This document shows positions 24,720-36,400 of a stretch of DNA of 64,000 bases, piece after piece. The stretch is taken from positions 1,316,447 through 1,380,446 of the forward strand of contig JAQGDQ010000013.1 in NCBI GenBank assembly GCA_030141605.1, written 5' to 3'. Each line of letters starts with the position of its first letter. The stretch's first letter is position 1. The translations under genes and the position numbers were made by a program. The DNA is from Tubiluchus corallicola (Eukaryota; Animalia; Priapulida). The notes beneath the pieces are model-generated. The model was not told the DNA's origin. It was given only the letters and a program-made list of their open reading frames with translations, and did not search any database.

Positions 24720-26619
24720 CAACTGCACGTTTCTTAACGCTTAAATTGACTTAACTAATCACGTTCAATGTTCATGCCTTACTTGCACTTTCAAAAAATA
24801 GCCCACCTAGGTGTATTTTATTTTTTAATTAAAATTTTCATTTTAATTGGCATTGACAAGACCCTTCATACTCTTATATAAATGCAAATTTGCCTTGGTC
24901 AAAATTTATTTTCCTTTGGTCTCAATTTTATAAATCCTGCCCTTTAACTTGGTTATACATCTATTTTTTATTTAAATGTTTTATGCATAGATATGTAGAC
25001 ATAGTCATTTTATTTATTTATTTACACCAGAATACAAGTAGACTATTATTGCTATAGTTATTAATTAAAAAGGATAAATTATGCATAAAGGAAAGAGTTA
25101 GGTGGGAGCAGGAGAAAGGGTAGCAAAAGGCCAATTGGTCATCAAGTCAGCTACCCTTCTCAGGTTAGTGTAACTTGTAAAAAATTTGTAGCGCTGCTAA
25201 CTGAAAGTTGTAATATAATTATGAAATAGGTTAAGAAAATCAACTGTTAACATAAATTTATGGGGGAAGAAATTAAACTTGAGAGCGAAATAACTAAATA
25301 GGCTATGCAACAAAGAAGCATCAAAATAAAAAGAAAAATGTGAAATGATGATTCACAAAATATGTAAAGCATTTAACTAACCGATTAAAACATAAAACAA
25401 ACTAGAAAAGTCAGGCCAAACGAAAAAATAAAATATAAATAATAAATCTGTGAAGGGAACAAAATATGCATGATATTGACAAAATCAAACAAAATATGCG
25501 TTATCATTTCGTTACAAAACATAAAAATATTAAGTAAATTATACCAAATAACGTAAAGTAAACAACAAAAGTAAAAAGTCAGTGCAGCGAGAAGTTCACA
25601 GAAAGTTGGAACTTATTCCCAATGTGATCCTAAAAAAGCCATGCCACTGCCCTGTCAGAAATAGCAAATGCCGAAAAGTACATACTTACGAGTTAATGAA
25701 AGCACTGTAAACAAACGGGCCGACAGCACGAAGACTAAGTTAGCTAACACAAGCTACGCATGTAGTATTTTACTATTACAACACGGCACATAATTATTAA
25801 ACTAAAAAAATCTGAAACTTCTGCGCCAAAATTCTCCATGTAAATTTCAGCTTGCCCTAGGCAAAAGCTGCCAACTTCACTTGAATCATTTAGATTTTGT
25901 TGATTTCGCATGTTATCATCACGCAATACAACCAGAATTGCCGATTGCAGTACGTACCGCCACAAGATTTGATATAGTCACTCAGTCATCTTTCATGAGC
26001 AGCTGGGTTTACACGTTACAGTTTATAAGTTACAATAATGTAACGTGAAATCAGGCATCATTTTAAAAACTTTATGCTAACGACAATTCAATGTAATATA
26101 AATTAAATTATTAGGAGTAGTAAATATCATTGTCTGCCGTTTATTCAATTATCATTTTGTGAGACTATACGCCGTCATCTGTACAATGTTAGTGTGCACT
26201 TAAGAATTGTCGGCTTGTCGCCCAGCCTCATCATTATTTAAGCACATCATTTACTGTGGTTTTGAAGAGTAACTGATTGCTGATATAGTACTATGTGTAA
26301 CTATCAACTGTTTGCGGCTAATATTAAATACTGTAAACATGCAGTTGAACCAGTCAGTAAACTCACGTACTATATAGTACCCAACGGTTTGACTTAAAGT
26401 GCACCTGCACTTTGTAATTATTTTTATGATTACAAAAGACCATGGCAACACAATTTATTGCATTGTACACAGCTAAGGAAAGCCTATGAATTATTCCACT
26501 CAACCACAATAAACTTTTTATTAAGCAAAAGAAAAACAAACCCTGGTTATTAAACACCCACAATGAATCCAATTTTGGCACCAAAACTTGAAAAACACTA
26601 AACATGAAAAATGGGCAAT

Positions 26620-26690
26620 GTAGCCTTGATTCGAACCTGGGGCCTTTTGCTTATATAACAAACGCTAAAACCACTATAGATCAATACATC
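26620..26690 (-). mobile_element. degenerate tRNA-derived element (similar relics near 11150-11220, 17030-17100, 63105-63165, 63395-63440 and 63985-64000)
   Basis: Minus-strand B box GGTTCGAATC with an upstream A-box-like TAGTGG; no intact cloverleaf. Confidence 0.45.
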
Positions 26691-29499
26691 TCCCCGTGGT
26701 CAAGGCAGTCAATAATTACAGCTGGGAATGTATTGTGGGTTTGTTATAATCTGACACTAAGATTATGACAATTATTATTTCACAACACTGACTTCCAAGA
26801 CCAATTAACTCTCCTTGCACATCTCTATAGCTCTCTCCTTTTAGTTTTAATCCTCTAATCGATGATACGTTGATGATTCCACATTATGCCAACTCCTGTT
26901 CTTCAATTTACACTGAATCAGTTCACATGTAGGCTGCTCCATATCAGAAACAGTGACTGAAAATTATGGCTGACTGCTTGGAACAGAAACGTCAGGTTAC
27001 TGAAACCATGAATTACATAATTATGGTGTCACTGTCAGTCCTTTTGTCTGTATAAACTGCATACCTCACATCTGCATTAACTTTTCCTTCTAACTAATGT
27101 CCAGTTTCTATACGTCTATGGTACTAACTTGGAGTTTTTAGGCCTAATTGTGCAGAAACAAAAATGATGCTGTTCAAAAAAACATTTGGGTTGCACGGGA
27201 AATTCAATTCGTCACCCTTACAAGGGACCACGTATTTATGGTCTATTTAATATAGAACAAAGCACAGTGGAATACAAGCCAATAGACAAAGGGTGAACTC
27301 ATATTTTTTATTTTCACGTTTCGTATTTACAAACGCAATCGGTGTTGGACCAACGCTTTTCCGAGCCATATGCGGGCTCATTATGTGACCCTACCTTGAA
27401 ACCAACGTGGACGTGGTATAAGCCAAAATTCACTCATTGTCGATGGTTTGAGGTTTAATGGACTTAGATCAGATTGCTCTAGTTGGTCTCGTTTCCGAAT
27501 GAGAAATGGACATGTTAGATGAGATGCATAAACAGTCGAATAAGTAATGAAACGGGCGGTTACTTCCTTTTCAAGCATTCATTTTCATGTACAACATGAA
27601 TTAAAATGTTACCTTAGCAACTAATGTAAATAGATTAGATAAGATTCTCTTATTTCGACAGCTAGATGATATATTACATAAAAAATATGTAAAAATACAT
27701 TGTACATTTACAATAATTTGGAAATAATAATAATACTACAAATAGAACTATAACAATAAACAAACTTTGTAACTTTTGAATAGTAAGTGTATGATATCTG
27801 CATGATTGCATACATACTCGGCCTAAAATTTCTGTTTACACATTCGCAAAAAAAAATTTGTTAAGATACGTGCTCGAGATACAATTTAAATACCACACGT
27901 ATGCTTTTTGTACAGTAATTGATTCATTTGCTAGCCCTATTCTTTGAGACGTCCGGTTCGTGCAGTGTGCAGTTCTGCCCTGTTCTACACGTACGAGCGC
28001 TGAGCCTCAAGGTCACCGTCACCTAGCTGTACAGTACATAGATAATAATATATATGGTACAGCCTTACTTGATTCGCTGACACTGAGAATGACGTCACGT
28101 TTAAGCGCATAAATATCAAGTCGCTAGAAAATTCCGCCATTTGGTAGGCTTTCTGGGACTGATGTCTGCGTCGACTGTCAGTTTCTCCTAACCCTAACCC
28201 ATTGACAGCTTATGTGAAAGCTGTTTATAATATGTTTTCTTACCAACATTTTCATTCAAAAAAAGAGTTGGGGAAAGCCAAACCTCGTTTAAATCTAGAG
28301 CTGTTCTTGGATTCGTTCCAAGTTCCTGCTCGATTTAAATATCTGCAAATCGGCTGAAACGTGCTTTTCTTACCGTGAAAGGTTCACACAGCTGATTTTC
28401 TAGAGCAAACCTGCAACTGGTGAAATCGCTATGCCATATTAAGTTTTCAAAACTTGGACGTATGGCGTAAGATAATCAGATGCAACAACATATTTTTTTC
28501 TTATAACAAAAACGATAATGAGTAACTAGTAACTTCAGTGTAAACAATTCAATTCTTATCATCGAGAGTGTTCATTTTGATATACTACAACCTGCCATTG
28601 CTTAGCATTGGAAACACGCGTCTCCCAAATTTCGGCTTTTGGAACTTTAATGGGGTCATGGGCTAACCAATTCGGAAGTAATATCTCTCATCGAGACATT
28701 TTATTTGATGTATTACTTCCTCAAAACTGGAAGAATTTGTCTCCCCAATCCACCCAATTTCAATTGGTTTTCAGTTGGCAGGGTCAAGGGTTAGCCAATC
28801 GGGGAGTAACTTGGAACCATTCAATTTCTCCCAACGAGACCTTTTCTTTAATGTACTGCAACGTACTGGCGCTTGGCACCAAAAGCGTTTATTTCCCCTA
28901 CCTCAATTTCAGTTGTCTACCCCTTACCTGCAATCAAGGCGTAACAAATACCAGTAATTAACCCAAATACCTGTAGCTCGAAAAATTGTAGGAGATCTTA
29001 TTTAGGAGACGTAGGAAATGTAGGAGGTGTGTTTACTTATCTATATATAAATTTAGGGCCTATGGCTATAGCCTTATTAGCTTAATGTTTATAATTGCAA
29101 ATGCCTACACAGATGCAATTTTGACCCTATTCAACTTAAAGTAGCACGCATGAGCCTACTGCACATAAGCACTAGCCTAATGTAAAGTAAATTACCTAGA
29201 CAACACGCGAAGTTAGGCCTACTGTTATTGCAGATTATGTAGGTTAATTAAGAGCTGTTCATTAAAGCATAATTAGGTCCATTATTTCCATAAATGACTG
29301 GGAACATTTGTATCCACCTTTCTTTGTAGTTTTTCATAAGTTATAATTTTTCACAAGTTATATTTCTTTTTTAAAACATGTCAATAATATAAATTGGTTT
29401 TTAAGCGTGACAGCAAATAGTTTTTATAAAAAAATTGATAGCACGTTATTGATTTCCCCAATTAAAAAGAAATCAATTATAGATTATTTTATAGATTTA

Positions 29500-29925
29500 A
29501 GCAGAAGTTTGAAGTTGAAACTTACTTAGAAAATTTTAAGAATATTAAAGACAGACTTCGACAAATTCTAGAACTAGAGCTCATCGTTTGGTGGTTAAAA
29601 CTGGTAAATATGTAACGCCACGTGTTCCAGGTGAAAATCGAGTTTGTGGTGTCTGCAATGTTGTTGAAGATGAATGCCATTTTTATTCTACTGCTCAGAA
29701 CACAACGTTACACAAAACTTTATGTTGAACACCATTTCGCAATACGTTCCTAATGCTTTAACTGAAAATGAAAAACTGTTTTGTTTGATGCAACCACAAA
29801 ACACTGTAATACAATATGCAGTCGTAAAATTTACACGAACATGAATGTAGTCAATTGTATGAAATGTTTATTATTGTTTTAATCAGCCCTGTTCGCCATA
29901 TGTCAATGTATCTATCTATCTATCT
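29500..29925 (+). mobile_element. degenerate 3' end of a non-LTR retrotransposon (RTEX-like CCHC region) with (TATC)n tail
   Basis: Translates AHRLVVKTGKY..PRVPGENRVCGVCNVVEDECHF..., with frameshifts; microsatellite tail near 29910. Confidence 0.7.
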
Positions 29926-30331
29926 GATTAGTGTTCAAAACACATGTTAGTCAATTATCGAAAGTGTTTATAATTAGTTTCGCAGAACAGCATAACAAGA
30001 ATACACGCACGTGGTCTGTTATCAGGAACTATAAAAACAAGTTTTATAATAATCAGCTAGAATCAAGCGTACGATCATGCATGACTGCATTCAGGTGAAA
30101 AGGTGGGGAGTAAACATCAGTCTCATCTGCGGACCTCCAATAAACTGCTTTATTATAAAAGTAATAAACAAATTTTGGGCTATCATCTGCTTCAATGGCG
30201 CCGACAGGAAACGGCTAATTGTAACTCACACGATTATTTCAAAACGCACACCTACGCATCCAAACTTTTTTATTATTATCACAGGTAGAGTCAGACATTT
30301 ACAAGAACTGGACAGCTCGTGTTACTAAAAA

Positions 30332-33300
30332 ATGTTAAACTCGCCGCAACTTATATTGTTGTTCATCTGTTTATCAAAGGCACTAGAAGTAGATATATCA
30401 AGCGTACTAGAAACACTTGAAACACTCGATGTAGAACAGATTACGCAAAGAGACGAAATTGGCTTTGATAGTGCAATTTTAAACATTGGGATAGACACGG
30501 TAAGTTGTTTGATTTTTGTTTCACATAACAAATTCAATGGTTAAGCATACAATAAGAATGGATCACTACACGATATTAAACACTGTATTATATTTTCAAT
30601 TAATTGCATAATATCATCTTTGTATAGTTTGATCAAGTGAGTAGAACTTCCTATTACTGTTTTTGTAGCAAGACATTGAAATAGCAAACAGTGAAACTAC
30701 CGAAGAACTAAAAGGATTGTTTGAGCGATGGCGAACACAAGTGCAAAACCAGCAAAAAACAGGAAGGGTACGTTTTAATGGAAATTGCACTCTTTTCTAA
30801 ACATGATTCACCATATGAATAATAAAAAAACTGTCTAATTGCCTAAGAAAACTTCAAATACATAATTTGATGGCATTACAGGGTACCAGACGAGCTCAAC
30901 CAGATGAAGTCATAAAATGCTCATTTTTGCCTCGTAACTATGAGGTTCATATTTGACTTATAGGCAGGAGGTCAGGAAAATGACGAAGTTGTGAAGTGAT
31001 ATAAACAAGATGTCATAAAATACTCATAAGTCAGAGGTCGTAAGTATGAGAACATAATGATGTCATACTGGGCTCATCTGCATGAGGTCACATGACAGTT
31101 GCATTCATGATGTCAAACTGAGCTCATAATCTATTCACGTATATGACCTCCTGGAAGTGATCATAGTCATAATAGTGAGTTTATAAACATGAGCTAATAA
31201 AATGATTAATAAATGTGGTCAGGCTAAGCTCATAATCTATTCACGTGTATGACCTCCTAGAAGTGATCATAGTCATAATAGTGAGCTTATAAACATGAGC
31301 TAATAAAATGATTAATAAATGTGATGTCAGACAGAGCTCATCAGACTGAGCTCATAATCTACTCACTGCCATGTGTAAGCCAATCACTTAAGCTTACCTA
31401 TTTGCTAACATGAATTCAATGTATTAGATTCTAAGATGGCATTTTCACACTTTATCTAGACGTTTTGTATAATAATCTATACAGAATGTGAAGTGGTTTT
31501 GTCAAAGTATAAAAGGAACGTAATTTGTGTCAAATCCAATTTTTCCTAGATTTTTTTGTATAATGCTGTATAATGTAGGGATGTATAGAGACAGTTTGTA
31601 AGGTGATTTGAACATAATTGTAGTATACTACTAACTTGTAGTATTACATCTAATGCGTGATGCAAATAAGTAGTGTGGCACATTTCTCCCACGCCACATC
31701 TTATATCAGGTGGTCAACATGGTAAGTGGAATCTGGACAGGATGGCTGATTTTCCAAGAGCCCTCACAAGAACCGGATGTATGTGAGAAGCCTCAATGAT
31801 ATAACTACTACAGTACATATATTTAGGTTGTTGCCGATTCACAGTGCAGATTTTTACTCTCCACTTGCAGTTGTTACAAGATGACATCCCGATTTCTGGT
31901 TCACAAGAGTTCCATCAGCTCATTGAAGGTGACATAGTGGTCGATAAACAGTATCTCATTGACAGAATTCGTGCAACCAGATCCAGACCTCCACGACGTC
32001 GTGTCAAAAGGAAACTGATCAGGAACACAAGGAGACGTTGGCCCCTCCGGACACCTATTCCATACACATTCGGAAGCTCGGGCATGTGAACTACCCTTTT
32101 TTGAATTTACGCATCGCTAAACTATCTAGTACCACTAGAAAACTAGTATCACTTTTATATTTAGTATGAGAATTAGCTTCTAATTGAACTCCATCATATA
32201 CCTGTTTTTTCCCTTATACCAGTTCTTAAACACTGCCCTCAAAACCTAATAACAATGCTAAAAGTCTCGGTAAACATATTTTCTAGATATTAGTGATAAT
32301 TGCAATTTAAAAAGTGAAGTTCTACACTACAGAGCAGATAAACCAACTTGTATTGTTGAGTGTGCACACAAATCAAATACCCTAAGGATTGAAAAGACAA
32401 ATGTGGTATCATGTCTCGCAGTTATGAACATCCATTCTTCTCAAACACTAAGAGTTGACAAATGAATGTACTACCTCGTGCTGCAGTTATGAGTACCCAT
32501 TCTTCTCAAACTCTAAGAGTTGAGCAGCTGAATGTCCTACCTTGTCCTGCAGTTATGAACGCCCATTCTTCTCAAACTCTAAGAGTTGAGCAGCTGAATG
32601 TTCTACCTTGTACTGCAGTTATGAATACCCATTCTTCTCAAACTCTAAGAGTTGAGCAAACGAATGTATTACCTTGTGCTGCAGTTATAAACATCCATTC
32701 TTCTCAAACTCTAAGAGTTGAGCAGCTGAATGTGCTACCTTGTACTGCAACTATGAATATACATTCTTCCGAAAAAAACTCTAAGAGCTGACATGGTCAA
32801 TGATGAACAGTCTTGCATTTGGCATTAATTTGAAATCGTATGCAAGTCGTATGCAAGCAATTATGTAGTAAATTGCTAAGTTGCTTATATTCATTGTTAT
32901 TACAGACTCAAATTGGCAAAACGCCATTAGAGCTGGTATAGAACAGTGGGAAACGAAAACGTGTTTACGTTTCCAAGAAGGTCAGGGATCATCACGTGAT
33001 TACATACAGTTTGTCAGAAGCAGTGGGTAAGTTCACTAAACGAATGAAATACATTTCAAACTTAAGCATTTATAATAATACTTTTTCAGTATTATAACAT
33101 AACGTGTATTATAATAATGCAGTACAATAATTGTCAATAAGTTGTATTTCAACAAATTTTACAGATGTTGGTCATATTTGGGGAGAATAGGAGGGCGACA
33201 ACAAGTATCAATAGGAAGAGGATGCGATGTGGTAAGCATCCATTCTAATGTGTGACATTCTCAGAGATATGCTTTGACTTATATAATAATAATAATATGG

Positions 33301-33360
33301 TGCATTTTAGCTGTTATGGATAACTGTTAACACATCCATGACATATACACACACATATAC

Positions 33361-33422
<62 letters not shown>

Positions 33423-36400
33423 CTTTATTGTAACAAAACATACACAAAACGTATAGTAATAAAATCACAATAAAATCGCATTTCAATGGGGGGAAGTTCA
33501 CCATACCTTTCTTAAATTACTTTTCAGTACCAAACAAATCTTTTCTGAATCAAGATAGACGGAAGCAGTTTACAATTATACTTATCAACTTTGCAACCAT
33601 ATTCCCAATCGCTGATTGGGTCTTTAATTCCATTTTCCACTTTCTGAAAAGCACACCCACTTATTCAGTCATGCTGATCTGCCCTAAATGCAGATTTAAC
33701 AAAGCATGCGTAAAAGTTTTTCACTGCCTAGTGTCCATCACAAGCAACCACTTGCTTGTAGGGCACTAGAGTTTTATGGACCCTCTCATCAGTAAGCTTC
33801 TTTATTAATGGGCAACCCAAAGTAAAGGTCAACCAATATTAAGACCTGAGCCTGAACCATTGTATTACTTATCCAATATTAAAACTTAAACTTACACTTT
33901 TGGATTACTAATTTATTATCAATATTTAAATTTGTACCTTTGGATTATCGATCGAGTATTAAGACTTGAACTTGAATCTTTGGAATACCTGTGTAACATT
34001 ACAATCTGACCTTGAATCTTTGGATTACCTGTCCAATATTAAAACTTGAACATGAACCTTTGGATTTCCTTTCCAGTATTAAGACTTGAACTTGAAACCT
34101 TAAATTAACTGTCCAATAATAAAACCTCATCTTAAGCCTTTTAATTGTCGAGTATTAAGATTTGAATTTAAATCTTCTGACTACTTATTCAGGATCTAAA
34201 TATAGCTGAATTAATCAGTCTGAACCATCCCACACAATTATATGCTACATAAAACCTATATTTTAAAATCGTTTGTGATCACATACATCTCGCTTTGTTT
34301 ATCTTCAGCTGAAGACAGTAGTCCATGAAATTGGTCATGCCGTAGGACGTTATCATGAACATAATATTCCAAACAGAGACAACTTTGTAATTATCAATTC
34401 GAGAAATGTAGAAACAAATGCTGTAATCAACTTTGAAAAATATCCTAATTCCGTAGTGACTGACTATGGTGTGCCATATGATTACGGATCGGCTATGCAT
34501 TATCACAGATTGGTATGACTACCTTTAATTAGAGATTTTGTCAGTTTTGAACCTAAATATATGGATTCAAATAATTCGAACAATTACATTCGTTCTTTAT
34601 CATTAAAACATTTTGACATCATGCACTGAACTCAACTTCACTGCAATCTATGTGCAAAACTTATTAACAAATGACTTGAACTACGGATTGAAAGTTACCG
34701 ATTTGAAATTATTGATTTTTTGTAGGCATTCCAGAAGCGGAATTTACCATCTACAGCATACACAATCACTACAAAAGACCCAACAATGCAGTTCGTTATT
34801 GGTAACGTGGATGGACTGAGTTTTTATGATGCAAAAGTAGTCAATCTCGCTTACTGTACAGGTAAAAAGCAAAAACAGTGCAAAAGTACTAGCCATTATT
34901 TTTCTTTCAAACATAATTTTGAAACAGGAAAAGCCTATGAACTTCCGCACTGAGGGCAAACAATGACTACAGCAGTGACAGCGATAGCAACAATAATGCC
35001 AATGGCAATGACAATGAAACTGACAGCAACAGTAGTAGTACCAGCAATAATAAGAACAACAGGAGCAACAACAACAACAATTCCTACAAACTAAAGGACA
35101 CCACAAAATCATGGCATAGAAATATCACATTACCATTGCATAACAGCAATGGTAATGCAGTGTAAACTACGTGAATTCCATACTGATTCACTTTCCATTT
35201 TAATTGAACGAAATTTGAACTAAAAACCAAATCAAAGTTGTTAACATTGGGACCTTATGTCTGCAACAAACCTGCGACTTATATCTATTGTTTGACACAA
35301 TGCATATAGTAGTAATGGGCAATTAATCAAATAATTAATTTTGAAAGATGCAAAGCGACAAAAGCTGTGAAGAAGTTACGGGCTATATTTCAGTGCAATC
35401 AATAAAAAATCTGGCTAAAGACAAAAAATCATCGCAAAGATTAATAGAGATATCGAATTACAATAACAATGTTATAATCGAATTTTAAAATCACCCACGA
35501 CTAAGTATAGAAGTGAAGATGTCTACCACAACTAGAAGCACAAATCACAGATTGTATCACATTCCTTTTGATTGCTGAAAAGTTAAAACATCGACAATTT
35601 TTAATTACTGTAGAAATATTCATTATTTTAAAGGCATTTGATAATCATAACCTTACAAGTTTATTGATAGGTGAGTGTAATGGAGGCTTGTTCAGTTCAA
35701 ATTGTCAGAACGAAGGCTACAGAAATCCTAATGATTGTCAAAAATGCATGTGTCCAGATGGATTTGCAGGAGATCAATGTGAAACAGTGGAACAATCACA
35801 AGGAAGTATGAAGTTATCTTACAGTATCAACTTTTTTTCTCAAATTAGCTGGCAATTAATGATATCATTAATTTGATTATGATTGTGAATATCAGAATGT
35901 TAATAAACCATTGTGGTTTATTTCACAATTTTTACCCATTTCGGGTAATGAGTTGAAGAAAGGAAAGGAGACACCGAAGAATTGTAAGCCAGTCGGGATT
36001 TGAACCCAAAACCTCGGATCAGTACTACCGTACTATGTCAGCTAAGCTACCAGTCAAACATGACAAAGCAGGCTTGAGAATTTCTCCTCATACCACACAA
36101 TCCAACAGCGCCACCTTGCTTATGCCACAGAAGACGGATGAAAATGGCATCTCAAATTAGCTGGCAATTAACAAATTAATCTAATTAATGTTAACTGACA
36201 GTATTTATAATATTTTTACAAATTCTAAACTAGTAGTCTAAATACATTAAAAAGTAATTCTAATATAACAACAGAAATTGATCACAAAAGTATTCATATA
36301 AATAAATGTCCAAGGTCTTCTTGGTGCAAGATTAGCACTGGATGGGACCTTAGATGAGCTAGGAAGCGGCGAACGCTGTAGGCTCCTATGAGGTTAGGTG

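Noticed and set aside
23750-25700. First exon of RBM33 (candidate minus-strand donors near 23752 and 25689)
   Set aside because: A 5'UTR intron is implied by the acceptor near 21806, but I cannot choose among the candidate donors from sequence alone.
28186-28200. CCTAACCCTAACCC as a telomere
   Set aside because: Only about two units; such short interstitial motifs are common in small repeats.
32462-32791. 109-aa repeat-protein ORF
   Set aside because: It is open only because the minisatellite period (60) is a multiple of three; it is intronic, and inclusion would split the astacin domain.
34744-35160. Cys-rich ORF resembling a metallothionein (also low-complexity ORFs at 58068-58289 and 58835-59179)
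   Set aside because: They derive from degenerate intronic trinucleotide (CAA/CAG/TAG) tracts.
35990-36056. Functional tRNA gene (likewise 49168-49251 and 58716-58780)
   Set aside because: The cloverleaf stems are degenerate and the segments sit in, or look like, repeated elements.
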